In this document: positions 1 through 12,416 of the stretch, piece by piece | How positions within the stretch are numbered: the first letter of the stretch is position 1 | Layout of the letters: every line of letters starts with the position of its first letter | NCBI GenBank assembly: GCA_030390025.1 | Contig: CM059425.1 | Location: 162,814,001-162,878,000 of the forward strand | Origin: Squalus acanthias | Taxonomy: Eukaryota | Direction of reading: 5' to 3' | DNA length: 64,000 bases | Notes under the pieces: model-generated | What the model was told of the DNA's origin: nothing | Database searches by the model: none | Seen by the model: only the letters and a program-made list of their open reading frames with translations | Translations under genes and position numbers: made by a program

Positions 1-323
1 AGTAGCAGAGATAACTTTCATAGGATCTTAGAATTTTATAACCGAGAAGGATGCCATTCAGCCCATCACTCCCATGCTAACTTTCTGGAAAGAACCACCA
101 CTTAGTTCCATTCATCTCCCCCTTTCACATACCCGTTTATAGAAACTTATGTAAACTACATAGAAACCGTTTAGATATGAGATGAGAGACTATAATGTAA
201 TTCTTCTCTGGGTATTTTTGATTATCAGTCTGTACTGCCACTCAGAATAAGAGCTGGATGTTCCCCAATACACACTGAATAACATGTCAGTTCCTATTTG
301 AAGGATTTGTTTTAAAAGCTGTT

Positions 324-1019
324 GGGGGAGAAATTCATTACAGCCCCGTTTGGGGTGCTAGCTTTTAATAATTGAAAAAATTAGCGCCAGGCTAAATCAA
401 GCGCTCCAATTCCTTCCTGGAGTACAACAGGCAGCAGGCGGGGCGGTAGGTGAGCAGCGCTGCACAATGGGCCGTGCAGCGCTGCCGTGTTGGAAGGCTC
501 CTTCCCTCCCTTAACGGGAAGGGCCATCGCTGCAGGCTCTGCAAGGGGAAACCTTACCTGATCCCCGACGGCAGCCGCGATCCGGCCCGATCAGCCCGAT
601 GCACTGCAGCAGAGTGCCGGGCTGATCGAGCGCTGGGGAAAAAAGCAAAGAAAACAGAAAACGAGCATTTGATGATTTATTTCCTACCTTGGCCACCTCG
701 CCTTTAAGTATCGCCCCTGAAGCGCCCGGCCTCCCGATGAATGCCTCCGATGAATGGCGGTGTTTTCGCCCGGTGATGCTGCAGGGGGCGAAACCGAAGT
801 TCGGGTCCAGGGCACTACCGGGGCGATGCGCACGGCGATAACGTCACAATCTTCGGGCGAAGGAGATCGGGGCGCAACACCATACCGCCGCCGCAAACCT
901 CCTGCCGAATTTAGCGGGAGGCGATATTCTCGCCGCGCCCAGACGATAAGTGGTTAACGCCCCGTTATCGCCCCCCGGAGGCGATAACGGGAAGTGCAAA
1001 GGTATCCAATTTCTCCCCC
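324..1019. mobile_element. PIF/Harbinger-type MITE (GC-rich, non-autonomous)
   Basis: Perfect 12-bp TIR GGGGGAGAAATT (324-335) / AATTTCTCCCCC (1008-1019), flanked by 3-bp direct repeat GTT. A related copy lies at 51675-52387. Confidence 0.85.
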
Positions 1020-2047
1020 GTTATCTTTCCTTCCCACTTTAAGTATTACAAAATAATTAACATAATGAGGATTTGATTTTACCAACATTGACTGACTAGC
1101 ATGGGTGATTTACTGAAGAAATACTATAGAATATTAATGACTTAATATTTTTGAGGACATTAATTAAATCATTGAAACAATGAGCAGATAGTGAAATCTC
1201 TTGTTGACATATGGCACAAAGCCATCCGTCTCTGCACAAATCGCACCTAAAGAAGGCAAGAATTTACGACATTTGAGAACTTTTCTTTTGTGGTGATGAA
1301 TTTGCTTTGTGCTCTTCTATTATCTATTCGGTCTATATTAAGCTGAGAGGTTTGTCTTATGGCCGTGGTACCAGTCATCAATCTAAAGGGAATCTATGAA
1401 CAGGATTAAGGAACCTGTCATAGAATCAAAGAATAGTACAGCACAGAAGGAGGCCATTCGACCCATCAAGTCTGCGCCGGCTCTTTCGAAGAGCAATCCA
1501 GTTAGTCCATCTCCCCACTCTTTCCCCCTGTCCCTGCTTTGTTTTCTCCAAGTATTTGTCCAAATCACTTTTGAAGGCTACTATTGAATTTGTATCCACC
1601 ACCCTATCAGGCAGTGCATTTCAAATCCTAACCACTCGTTGCACAAAAAACAGTTTTTCCTCGTGTCTCCTCTGGTTCTTTTACCAATCACCTTAAAGCT
1701 GTGCCCTCTGCTTATCAACCCTTCAGCCATTGGAAACAGTTTGGGCTAAAAATTGGATAAGCCAGAACACGGGCGTTGCCATGGCCTAACGATGTTAAGC
1801 TGCGCCGGGTCAAACTGGTCTCGGTAGCAAAATCATGTTCAGTCCTCACTAACATGATCTCAGTGCTAAAACAGCTGCTCATTGGCTTACTGCTCAACAG
1901 GTGGGCCAATATCGGGTCCAGTCTAATTCCCAGTCATGTGTGGCACAGCTTTTATTCAGTACTTAAAGGAGACGTGCATTAATGCTACAGCACCTCATTG
2001 TCAATCCAGTTCCAACTCCACCTGGAAGCAGACGGTACTGGACACAG

Positions 2048-3920
2048 ATGGCTGAGCCTCAGCACAGGGAGAAAGCCAGAAGATTCTCAGACACGGCTCT
2101 GGAGACACTGGTGGTGGCCGTGGAGAGGAGGCGGGCTGTCCTCTTCCTGTAGACTGGCAGGAAGCCCTCACCCCATACATCTAGAAGGCTTTGGCAGGAG
2201 ATAGCCGACTATGTGACGGCCAGCAATGTGGTCCCCAGGTCGGCTATCCAGTGCCACAAGAAGTTTAATGACCTTACATGGCAGGTCAAGGTGAGTGAAG
2301 GCTTCAGCAAATGCCACATACCAGCATCTATACCACAAGCCTCACACACTGCTCGATGCACCACACTCCCAGCACTCACCTACCAACAATCTCTACCTTT
2401 CACCACGCAGACCTCACAATCATGGCTTCACTTCACCCTCACAACTGCTGCAACACTCACACCCACATCTCACACCTTGCACATACTGAGAGCTATTCAA
2501 CTATGGCAGGCACATCACCCAAAGACATTGCGCCACACTCACTCATACACATCCCTTTATCTTGCTGGCCAAGGTCACGCATAACAGAGGGAGCAGTGGC
2601 AGACAAGTGGGGGGGGGCAAAGTTGCCATGCAGAACCTCAGCCAACACGAGGAGCGAGTGCTGTAGATCATTGGGCGGCAGCTCATGGAGGCCGTGGCAA
2701 CCGGCAAGGTTGAAGCCCTTGGGGACAACAACAGTATGCTCATTCCTAATCCTGCATCTCACATCCCACTTCCCCCTCATCCAACAATCACTTCTCACTT
2801 TCAAGCTGCTGATGGTGTATGCATGCATATCTTGCTTTCCCCACCTCACCATAACCCGACTCTTCTGCCTTTCTGCTTTCAGATAATCAAGACCAAGTAC
2901 CAGACCAGCCTGTCCCTGAGGCGATGCAGGAGAGCAAGGGGCAGGAGAAGAAGCGTCACTGCATCTGTCACTCGCAGACACCAGCTCAGAAACTGGCACT
3001 GCACCTAATTTAGATGCTAGTGTAGAAGCGGGATCTGCACAGGGTGAGGTACTGGGCACAAGTGGGCTGCAGCAAAGCCAGGGGGAAAAGGGTTGCTCGG
3101 GGGCCAGCTCCCCAGAGGGTGAGTTCATGGCATGAGTTCTGCTGCAGGCGACTCATGAGAACCTCAATGGGGTAGCCTTCAGAAGAAGGTTGATGGGCAT
3201 GCACACCGAATAGCAAGCCTGCCAGAGAGCTTCTTGGCAATGTCCAAGAGTATGGCAGAGTCCGCCTCCAACATTGCACAGGGCTTTGCGTAGAGCTTGG
3301 TGCCCAGGATTTCCAGGCCGTGTCGACCAGACATGATGCTGCGTGTGATGGGCGATGTCGCGGCTACCATTGCAGCACAGGCGGAAGCGACCCACCGTCT
3401 TAGTGCTGCAGCAGAAGTGCAGACCACTCTCTCATGCAATCTCAGCTTACTGCCAACCAAGCTCAAACTGCTGCCATCGTGGCTGGATTTACCACTGTCG
3501 ACCGGAGCTTGCAGGGCGTCGTAGCAGCCCAGCAATCTGTGCTCCAACAGATTGCTAGGAATGCTGAGGTCTCACCCCGGGGGAGTGGCAGTGGGTCAGT
3601 GGAGCAGGAACCTGCTGTCCTCTCTCAGGATGACAGCATTCCTGTTCCTACCACTGCCACTCTGTCATTGCACTTATCGCTGTCTGTCAGCCAGCCCAGA
3701 CTGCTCCCGCCCATAATGAGGTGGTGCAGTCTACAGCCGGGCCTTCTAGGTCCAGAGCTGCTTGAGGTCGTCCTGCAAGGCCATCTGCAGTCTCCAACAC
3801 TGAAAGTCAGCAGCCTTCCACCAGCCATGCTGCAGCCACTGGGGGAGCACTTCGTAGGAGCACTAGAGTAGGAAAGGACACCCGAATGACGGGCACTAAG
3901 GAATTGCACAAGGGTGATTA
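2048..3920 (+). pseudogene. Harbinger Myb/SANT-like DNA-binding protein pseudogene (3 exons)
   Basis: Exon 1 (2048-2290) reads MAEPQHREKARRFSDTALETLV...LWQEIA...RSAIQCHKKFNDL with one in-frame stop, then donor gtgagt at 2291. Later exons at about 2567-2730 and from 2883 are frameshifted. End coordinate approximate. Confidence 0.8.
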
Positions 3921-4084
3921 GTTCATATTGTATGTGTAAATTGAATGTTGATAAATTGAATAATTTTGTTTGGAATCTTTTGTGGTGGTTTTCATTTCAG
4001 CTTTGTGCCCAGGAGGACGCTGTGATATTCCGTGACAGAGGGATGATATGATGGGGATGTGGTGAGTTGTGGGGATCTGGGGTT

Positions 4085-5202
4085 TCAGTCATGGAAGTGG
4101 AGTCTAATGAGGCGTTCACAGACAGCCCATCCAGTAGGGGGATTGGCTGCCTGCCTCCTCCCTTCCTCCTCGTCCGCTTGCTCATCTTCCTGTTCCTCCT
4201 CCTCCTCCTCCTCCTCTCCCTCATCCTCCTCCTGAGATGGTTCCACAATCCCTGCTGGCAAGGGCTGCACCCTCATGATGGCCAAGTTGTGATGCATGCA
4301 GCAGACCACCGCGAAATGGGGCACACGCTCTGCGAGTACTGGAGAGCTCCTCCTGAGCGGTCAAGGCAGAGGAACCGTTGCTTCAGCAGCCCGATGGTCT
4401 GCTCGATGATGTTCCTGGTGGAAGCATGGTTCTCATTATAGGAGTGCTGGGCACGAGTGGTGGGATTGCAGAGGGGAGTCATGAGCCTGCTGCAGAGCAG
4501 ATAGCCCTTGTCTCAAGCAGCCTCGCTCGGGTGGTGGCTGGAAGATTGTTGGCACACCAGACTGACGCAGGATGAAGGCATCATGACTGCTGCCAGGGTA
4601 CCATCAGGAATCGCTAGGCATGGGCGCACAACAACTACACATTAAGTGAGTGGTACCCTTTGCGGTGATGGAAGATCTCAGGATTGTTATGCGGCACCTG
4701 CAAAGCCATGTGTGTGCAGTCGATGGCGCCCTGCCCCAAGGGGAAGCCCGCTATCCTGGCAAAGTCACATGCGTGCTCGTCCTGCTTCTCTCTGCTCAGT
4801 GACCTCCCGGATGCAGCGATGGACGGCCAGCTGGGAGATGTTAGCTATGTCTTCTGCTGCAGACTGGGAGGATCTGGCTGGTGAAGAAATTGAGGGCCAC
4901 AGTGCCTTGACTGCCACTGGGAGAGCCGTGGTCGCCCTGCTCTCAGGCTGCAGGTCTGGTTGCAGGAGGTGGCAAAGTTCTGTGACCACCTCATTGGTGA
5001 AGCAGAGCCTCCTGATACACTGCTGCTCGCTTAAGTGGATATAGGAGAAGTGCTCTCGGAAGACCCTAGGTGGGTAAGGCCTCCTGTTGAGAGCCCTCCT
5101 CCTCCTCCTCCCTCTGCGTGCATCTTCTCCTCTTCTTCGCTGCCTTTGCTCCCTTTCCCTAAGATACTCGAGCGTTAGGGGGGCTGCCAGTGGAGCCCCC
5201 AT
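4085..5202 (-). pseudogene. Harbinger (HARBI1-like) DDE transposase pseudogene
   Basis: Frameshifted motifs GAIDCTH, GSSHDAFIL, DKGY, YNENHASTRNIIEQTIGLLKQRFLCLD, CCMHHN and an acidic C-terminal tail. Confidence 0.88.
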
Positions 5203-5988
5203 GACTGTGAGCAAGTGGTGTGAGCAGAAGCCTTAAATAAGAATGAAGGCATTCTCCACTTGCAACAACTCTCCCTGTGACCTTAAAGTTTATAAAGCTG
5301 CCAGAGTTGCAGAAATTTGCACAGAGCCAGTCAAACTGCAGAAACATGGCAGCTGCAAGTTGTTGCTGATGATCTCTTTAAATACCGTTGCTGGAGCCTC
5401 CTTCCTGCTTGTCAACACTTACTCAGCTGGCCGCACTTAAGGCATGCCAGTAAGTGGAGCGACAAAGTTAAAACTCGCAGATTGGGCATCAAGTGAGCGT
5501 TACACACTCACTGACGTCACAATCTGCATCACCTACATAATTCTCGCGAGCACTGACATTGGCAGCGCTGCCGGCCACCCGAAAATGGCAGCCACCACAG
5601 GACCGGGCGGAAGTGCAGCGGCCGCCATTCTTTTCCCCAAATCTGGTGCTAACGGGTGGTGCTAAACCCCTGAATTTTTAGTCCATAATCTTTTATTTAC
5701 TCCATCTGAACCCTTCATGATTTTAAACACCTCTATCAAATCTCCTCTTAGCCTTCTCTGCTCTAAGGAGAACAACCCCAGCTTCTCCAGTCTATCCACG
5801 TCACTGTAATCCCTCATCTCTGGAACCATTCTTTTAAATCTTTTCTGTACCCTCTGCAAAGCCTTCACATCCTTCCTAAAGTTTGGAGCCTAGAATTGGA
5901 CACAGTACTCCAGCTAAGGCCGAACTAGTGTTTTATAAAGGTTTAGCATAACTTCCTGGCTTTTGTACTCTGTGCCTCTATTTATAAA

Positions 5989-6076
5989 TGTGAGAAGTCA
6001 CACAACACCAGGTTATAGTCCAACAGCTTTATTTGAAATCACAAGCCTCGGAACGCTGCTCCTTCGTCAGGTGAAG
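5989..6076 (-). mobile_element. 88-bp Penelope-like terminal fragment with 12-bp TSD
   Basis: Flanked by TCTATTTATAAA (5977-5988 and 6077-6088). Minus strand begins with a degenerate hammerhead-like motif (TCAC CTGACGA A GGAGC AGC GTTCC GAGGCTT GTGA). Confidence 0.7.
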
Positions 6077-6356
6077 TCTATTTATAAAGCCCAGGATCCC
6101 ATACGCTTTATTATATGCTTTGTTAACCTGCCCTGCCATCTTCAAAGATTTGTGCACAAACACCCCCAGGTCTCTCTGTTCTTGCACCCCCATTAAAAAT
6201 ATACCATTTAGCTTGTATAGTCTCATACTTTCTACCAAAATGTCCTTCCTTGTTTCTTTAATGAACTTTATGAACCAGTAGCAATGCCGATCTATAATTA
6301 AACTTTATAATTGAAAATGTTAAGATTTGTTAAACAGCTTTAAGTTCTAACCTGCT

Positions 6357-7655
6357 TATAAGAAATAAGAGCAGTTTAGGCCATACGGCCCCTCGAGCCT
6401 GCTCTGCCATTCAATAAGATCGTGGCTGATCATCGACCTCAACTCCACTTTCTCGCCCGATCTCCATATCGCTTGATTCCCCAAGAGTCCAAAAATCAAT
6501 CTATCTCAGCCTTGAATATACTCAAAGACTCAGCATTCACAGCCCTCTGGGGCAGAGAATTCCAAAGATTCACGACCTTGTGAGTGAAGAAATTCCTCCT
6601 CATCTCAGTCTTAAATGGCCTACCCCTTATCCTGAGACTATGCCCCCTAGTTCTAGACACTCCAGCCAGGAGAAACAACCTCTCAGCATCTACCCTGTCA
6701 ATCCCCTTCAGAATCTTGTATGTTTCAATGAGATCACCTCTCATTCTTCTAAACTCCAGAGAGTACAGGCCTATTCTACACAATCTCTCATCATAGGACA
6801 GCCCTCTCATCCCAGGAATCAATCTAGTGAACCTTCATTGCACCACCTCCAAGGCAAGTATGTCCTTCCCTAGATAAGGAGACCAGAACTGTGCACAGTA
6901 CTCCAGGTGTGGTCTCATCAAGGCCCTGTACAATTGTAGCAAGACTTCCTTACTCTTATACTGCAACCCCCTTGCAATAAAGGCCAACATGCCATTTGCC
7001 TTCCTTATTGCTCGCTGTACCTGCATGTTATCTTTCTGTGTTTCTTGCACGAGGACACCCAAATCTCTCTGAACACCAAGATTTGAAAGTTTCTCACCAT
7101 TTTAAAAAATATTCTGTTTTTCTATTCTTCCTACCAAAGTGAATAACCTCATCTTTCCCTACATTATACTCCATCTGCCACCTTACTGCCCACTCACTTA
7201 GTCTATCTATATCCCTTTGCAGACTCTTTGTGTTCTCCTCACAGCTTACTGTCCCACCTAGCTTTGTATCATCAGCAAACTTGGATACATTACACTCGGT
7301 CCCTTCATCTAGGTCATTAATATAGATTGTAAATAGCTGAGGCCCCAACAATGATCCTTGCGGCACCCCACTAGTTACAGCCTGCCAACCTGAAAAAGAT
7401 CCGTTTATCCCTACTCTCTGTTTTCTGTCCGTTAACCAATCCTCTATCCATGCTATTATATTACCCCCAACCCCATGCGCCCTAATCTTGTGTAATAATC
7501 TTATGTGGCACCTTATCAAATGTCTTTTGGAAATCCAAATATACTACATCCACTGGTTCCCCTTTATCTACCCTGCTAGTTACATCCTCAAAAAACTCTA
7601 ATAAATTTGTCAAACACAATTTCCCTTTCATAAAACCATGTTGACTCTACCTAAT
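6357..7655 (-). mobile_element. 5'-truncated CR1 LINE (RT region)
   Basis: ORFs 6496-6822, 6835-7062 and 7094-7519 carry VPQGSLLGP and KFADD. CR1 3' UTR at the low-coordinate end. Confidence 0.92.
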
Positions 7656-7804
7656 CTTATGTTATTTGGAGTCCAGTGAGGTCTATATAGGTCCTTGGTC
7701 ACGTACCTTGGAGATGTGTGCCAATTCTCTCCTAGAGATTCATTTGTCACAGACTTGAGAGATGGAGGTAGAAAGTGTAGCTTGAACCTTGAGTGTGAAC
7801 TGAC

Positions 7805-7866
7805 CTGAGTGTAGAAACCCAGTCACTAATTGCCTTCCAGGATTGGGGAAACTATTTGGGAAACCA
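7805..7866 (-). CDS. Candidate host-gene exon (SGFPNSFPNPGRQLVTGFLHS)
   Basis: Acceptor tcttctttcaaag, donor CAG|gtcagt. 62 nt, phase 2 to 1, open and compatible with exon 12317-12416. Confidence 0.5.
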
Positions 7867-8439
7867 CTTTGAAAGAAGATTCAATTGAAATAGTCTTACA
7901 AAACAATGTTTAAGAAAGCATGAAGATGGCTGCTATCTTTTAATTAAAAATATCTGTTAGCTGATATCTACGATGTTTGAAAGGTTATCTCTTGGCATAT
8001 GGAATGATATAGCTCAAAGGAAACTAATCCCATGGATGTGTGAAAATGCACACTTAATAAATATAATCATGAGTAGGCGCCAGTCAAAAATGCAAGCTCG
8101 TAGGAAAATGGTAGGATCCTCAGACCTTCTTTCTATGTGGGAGCTTGGAGCAACTCCTCACCTAGGTACAAGTAGACATGCAGATATATCTGAGTCACAG
8201 TGCAACTGACAAGCATCTGAACACTGATACCAATCTAAGAGGAATGTTTGGATTGTTCATTTTTTTCCTCACGCTCAGAAACTTGAGACTGTCTATATGT
8301 TCTGAAAATAAGTAACCTTGAAGTATTTGGGGGTTAACTAGTCTCCTGAGCCCACTGCTTGAATTATGAACATTGTAATTGTTTTGTATATAAGTGTCCC
8401 TTTTGAGTAAGTTATTCAATCGCTTCATATCCATATTGG

Positions 8440-10385
8440 GTTGGTAACCTGTCTCTTGCTCTTGATCTTGATGGGCGACCTCTAGGAACTTGGGCCTGAG
8501 AGCCTGGCTACAGACTGCAGCACCTCGGCGGCTGTCACAGCAGTTGGCCCAGCTGGCTTCCTGGCACCAGGGTGGACATTAGTTGAGGGGGTGATGGCGG
8601 AGCAGGGAAACTGTCACCTTAAGCGAGGAAAACCTGTGCCATTCCCATATCGATACTATCAGTATGGTATCCCAGGCTGACCAAGGTGGAGGAGATGGTA
8701 AATCCCAGAGCCTGCGCCCTTGAGAGATGCTACAGCTTGTCAGTGACTTCTGTATGAAGAGTAAGCTGCAGTGGCCATCAAGCTATCCACATGCTCCACG
8801 GATGACTGCACAGTGCCATGCCACACAATAGAACCCCACACAAATTGGACACTGACTCCCCCAAAAATGCTGTGGAAGCTCTCTGGCAGGCAGTCCAATG
8901 CCTTCTGGAGTTAATGGGTCACAGCAAGCATCCTTCTTTTATAGGCTGGGCCCAAGAGGTCTTCATCTTTATCCACTGTAGGAGAAGTGGGATGTGAGCT
9001 TGCCTTCCTGGAAGCCGCATCTGAGGGCTCTTATCAACCCACACTAGCTGCCACTCGCTTGTGCATGATGATTCACCCAGTGCAGTCACCTCTAACTCAC
9101 TATTGTATAGTTCAGGGAGTGCTAATTTCTGAGCTTTTGTTGTTAAGGGTCAGAGTGAGAGACAATGTATCTTCTGGAGGGCTCCCTACCTCCACTATTG
9201 CAGGATGGTCAGGGACTTCTGACAGACCTGGAAAGGGGGCGACAGGGACAATGGTTAGCAGCTGCTGGCGAGGGCAAGCAGTAACAGATGAGTGGCAGTG
9301 CTAATCGCCAGCGAGCTGTTATGCAGAGTGTATGAGGGAGAGAGTTCAGTGTAAGGAGAGAAACAAGGGGAGATGCCCAAATGCCCTCCAACCTCCATCT
9401 GCATGCAACACTGCACCCATCCCTCTGCCAATGATATCGATAGCAGCCTCCTACATTGGTGTGAGCACTTGCACAGTTGACTGGCCTCTCAGATCTTGCC
9501 ATCTGCATTCTGTTCTATGCCAGATTATCCTGCAATGTGGGAGTGGGTTAATGTGTGTCCTGTTACAGGGTTGGGAAGATGTGTAAGGCATCAAGGTGCT
9601 GAGGTGAAGTAGCAGCAGGTGTGGGGAAAAGGGGGGAAGTGGCTGTGAGAGCAAATGGCAAGTGCTGAATGTGCAGGTGACAGCAGAAGAAGGTGCAGGG
9701 AGGTGTACTGCTGCTCTTGTATGAGAGTCATAGGAAGCAGAAAAGGGAAGGTGTGGTAGTGCTGGGTCTGAATACAGTAGTGCAGGGCTGTGCACAGAGT
9801 AAGGAAGATGTGAATAGGAATCTTACCATAGCAACTCTGCTCAGGTCATTACATTTCTTGCGGCATTGCTGCCATATCCTGCAAGCAATGCTAGTGGCAT
9901 TTTGATACAGATTGACATAGAATTTACAGCACAGAATTTCCCTTCCTTCTCTACACTGCTGCTGTACAATTTGCCTGGGCACCTGGCAGCCATCACGTGA
10001 GAAAAGGACGTCCCTCCTACTAGTAACTTGTTCTGCCAGTACCTGCCAGTACCTCCATGGCACCATCCGCATACCTGGGGGCCCTAGCTGCAGTCACCTT
10101 CTGATATTGGAGAAACTGTTCCAATGTTGAGCCATGAAAACCTGCACCTTCCCTTTAAGCACTGCAGGCAAACTTTAAATCGCAGGAGCCCGGTCGGATT
10201 TCCCACCCTCCCGAGTTGCCAATAGAAAGCATGAATCATGCTGGCAGTTTGCGCTTGATATTATAATGAGGCTTGACTACCAAAATGGTTGGGACTTCCT
10301 GCCAACGTTATTGTGCGGGCGTCGCGGACACCCTACCCACTGTCCATCTGATATACGTCTGATATACATGGCAACACAAAATTGG
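8440..10385 (-). mobile_element. Old Harbinger-derived remnant with Myb/SANT gene fragment
   Basis: ORF 9728-10072 contains VTSRRDVLFSRDG...WQQCRKKCNDL, followed by a gtaag donor. Boundaries approximate. Confidence 0.6.
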
Positions 10386-10404
10386 CTGCTTTAACTTGTA
10401 CTAT

Positions 10405-11078
10405 GGCCCCGATATTTGTGGGGTGGCCGAAAGCGATTGAAGAATCCGGCAAGGCCAGGGATGGGGACCTCCTGCCAAATTGAACAGGACCTCTATCATT
10501 CTTTTAATTCCATTTTCCACATGGCAGCCGGCCAAGTTGACAGACTGGCCAGCTGCCGGGTAGGAAAACCAGTGGCAAGAGGCCGCAGCTGGGGACGCTT
10601 GGGGGCAGTCCCTGGTAGTCGAGGCTGCAGATTGGGGCTTTGGGGGCGGGGGTGGTGTCAGCGATCGCGGCAGGAGTTAGAGAGGCTGAAACTGGCAGAA
10701 GGGAGGCCGAAGGCTTTCTTGAGGGGTCCGGGGAGCATACCTGCTCCACCTGGGCCACAAGTAGTGCTATAAAAGGTACTAAGCTCCTGGAGCCGGCAGC
10801 TCCTGCCTCCATTTTGTTGCCGGGTTTCCCAAGCCCTAGGAAACCCGGCTGGCTGCTGTTAATTTAAATTGGGCTCCCAATTCCACTGTGGGAGCCTGAT
10901 TTAAATACGTTGAAGTGTCCCGCCTCTCCAAGATGGGACACTCGCGCGGCACACTACCCACTGCTGTAGAAATGGCAGCAGGCCAACACATCGGGTTGGG
11001 GTCGCATTTTGTGTTTTTTAGGATTTAAACCTTCCCAACCTCCTCCTGCCAGGTGGGGTGGGGATTAATATCGAGGTC
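10405..11078. mobile_element. Harbinger-type MITE
   Basis: TIR GGCCCCGATATT / AATATCGAGGTC (10/12), TSD TAT on both sides. A related decayed copy lies at about 49922-50580. Confidence 0.75.
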
Positions 11079-11679
11079 TATATAGCTTTAATCTTGGCAT
11101 TAATTGTGTTAGTTTAGTGATCTGATTGGCTGGTTTGGATCTGAATACTCACTCTGACTGTTTCAGAAACTCAAATTCCAGATCTCTGATTCAATATTTC
11201 AAATCCACAATGAAGATGTGCTACTGCTAGTTGACAACCAAACCTAAACGGTGCAGTTTTATATTTAAACGCAGATATATTGAAAGATTACAAAAGGTAC
11301 CACATGAAGAACAGCCAAGCCCACCCAAAAGTCATGAGACAAAAAAAAAACAGGCCAATTTGGGGGGAAAAATTTGAAATTCCTCTCCAAGGTGATCTAT
11401 GTTATAACAATACTAACGGGTGACTTGTGATTTAAAGGAAATAATCTAATATTCTGAACCACTGGTGCCTCACTTGCATTTTATAACATCACTGGAAGCC
11501 TTTGAGATTGCTGTACTATAATTGTTCCCAAGTATTCATTATTGTCCTTTTATACTCAAGCTATACCTAAGTAGAACTTCTAATAGCACATCCCTAGAAT
11601 TAGTTTCATGACTCTGATCTATTAACAGAAAAGGTACAGAACCACTGTAGGAAAGTGGTGTTGTTTTCACATCTTTTCC

Positions 11680-12000
11680 TGGAGAATATTGTGTAGTAGT
11701 GGAGGAACAGTCTGGCAGGCTACTACATGAACACTCGTTCAATGGCTGCAACCATACTTATACCGGCCAATAGGATGGCTAGTACTACATGGCGGAAGGG
11801 ATTTTTGGGCTCCCATAACCCGCACAATGAAGCGGGCCCATACCCACCGGATGTGAGTATCCCGCTGGATATCAACCCAGAATACAGAGCTGGAGCTCTG
11901 GTCTCCACTCGTTGGGACTGTCTGGAGCAAGATTTGAAGCCTGTGGGGTTCGAAATCTGACTCACCGGGAACGCTGCCACTAAGTCGAAGGCTCGCTGCC
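11680..12000 (-). mobile_element. tRNA-derived SINE (family not identified)
   Basis: Minus-strand head with degenerate A box and TTCGAACC B box. Body clearly homologous to 48940-49263. Confidence 0.7.
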
Positions 12001-12316
12001 CAGGAACAGGTGTTAGAGCTTTAGAAAAAGTTTCTTCACACACAGCTCAGTAATAATTTGAGGCCTAGTAATATGCCAAGGGAATTTAATACCTATCCTA
12101 CTACACTTACTGGTGTTTGGTTATGTACTGACACTAACTAAATGCTAAAGGAAACTGTATCCCACACAGAAAGCAGAGTGGTTTAGAGGCTCTCTGTGGT
12201 TTCCCCATGGTGGTCAGTAAGAGGTTTTTTGGCAGCGTTACAAATGAATAACTTTCTGTCAGTCAAATCTTCGCCATTGATGGTGCCAATAGCAAGAAAA
12301 AGGAAGATTGTATGAC

Positions 12317-12416
12317 CTGTTGGCACAACTCGCTAGCTTTGCAAGCCCTGGCAGCTGCTGTGCAGCACTTGAGTTTCCGGTGGGCCTTGGAGAGGTGGGG
12401 GCAGCGGAAGCAGGAA
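12317..12416 (-). CDS. Candidate host-gene exon (VPASAAPTSPRPTGNSSAAQQLPGLAKLASCAN)
   Basis: GC-rich island in unique AT-rich DNA. Acceptor atttag, donor CAG|gtcata (weak). 100 nt, phase 1 to 2, open. Confidence 0.55.

Larger units (their letters stand above)
1743..5684. mobile_element. PIF/Harbinger DNA transposon, two convergent genes, decayed
   Basis: TIR GGGCTAAAAATT (1743-1754) / AATTTTTAGTCC (5673-5684), 11/12 match. Myb/SANT gene on + and DDE transposase on -. TSD not preserved. Confidence 0.9.
1419..6245 (-). mobile_element. Decayed CR1 LINE 3' fragment, split by the Harbinger (1743-5684) and by an 88-bp Penelope-derived insert
   Basis: CR1 3' UTR at ~1419-1742. RT C-terminal peptides in ORFs 5662-5868 (LEKLGLFSLEQRRLRGDLIEVFK) and 6029-6238 (RDLGVFVH). 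Confidence 0.8.

Noticed and set aside
1240..1383. Next exon of the host gene (acceptor ccctttag on -)
   Set aside because: Joining in phase 1 gives an immediate stop and no clear polyA signal was found, so it cannot be supported.
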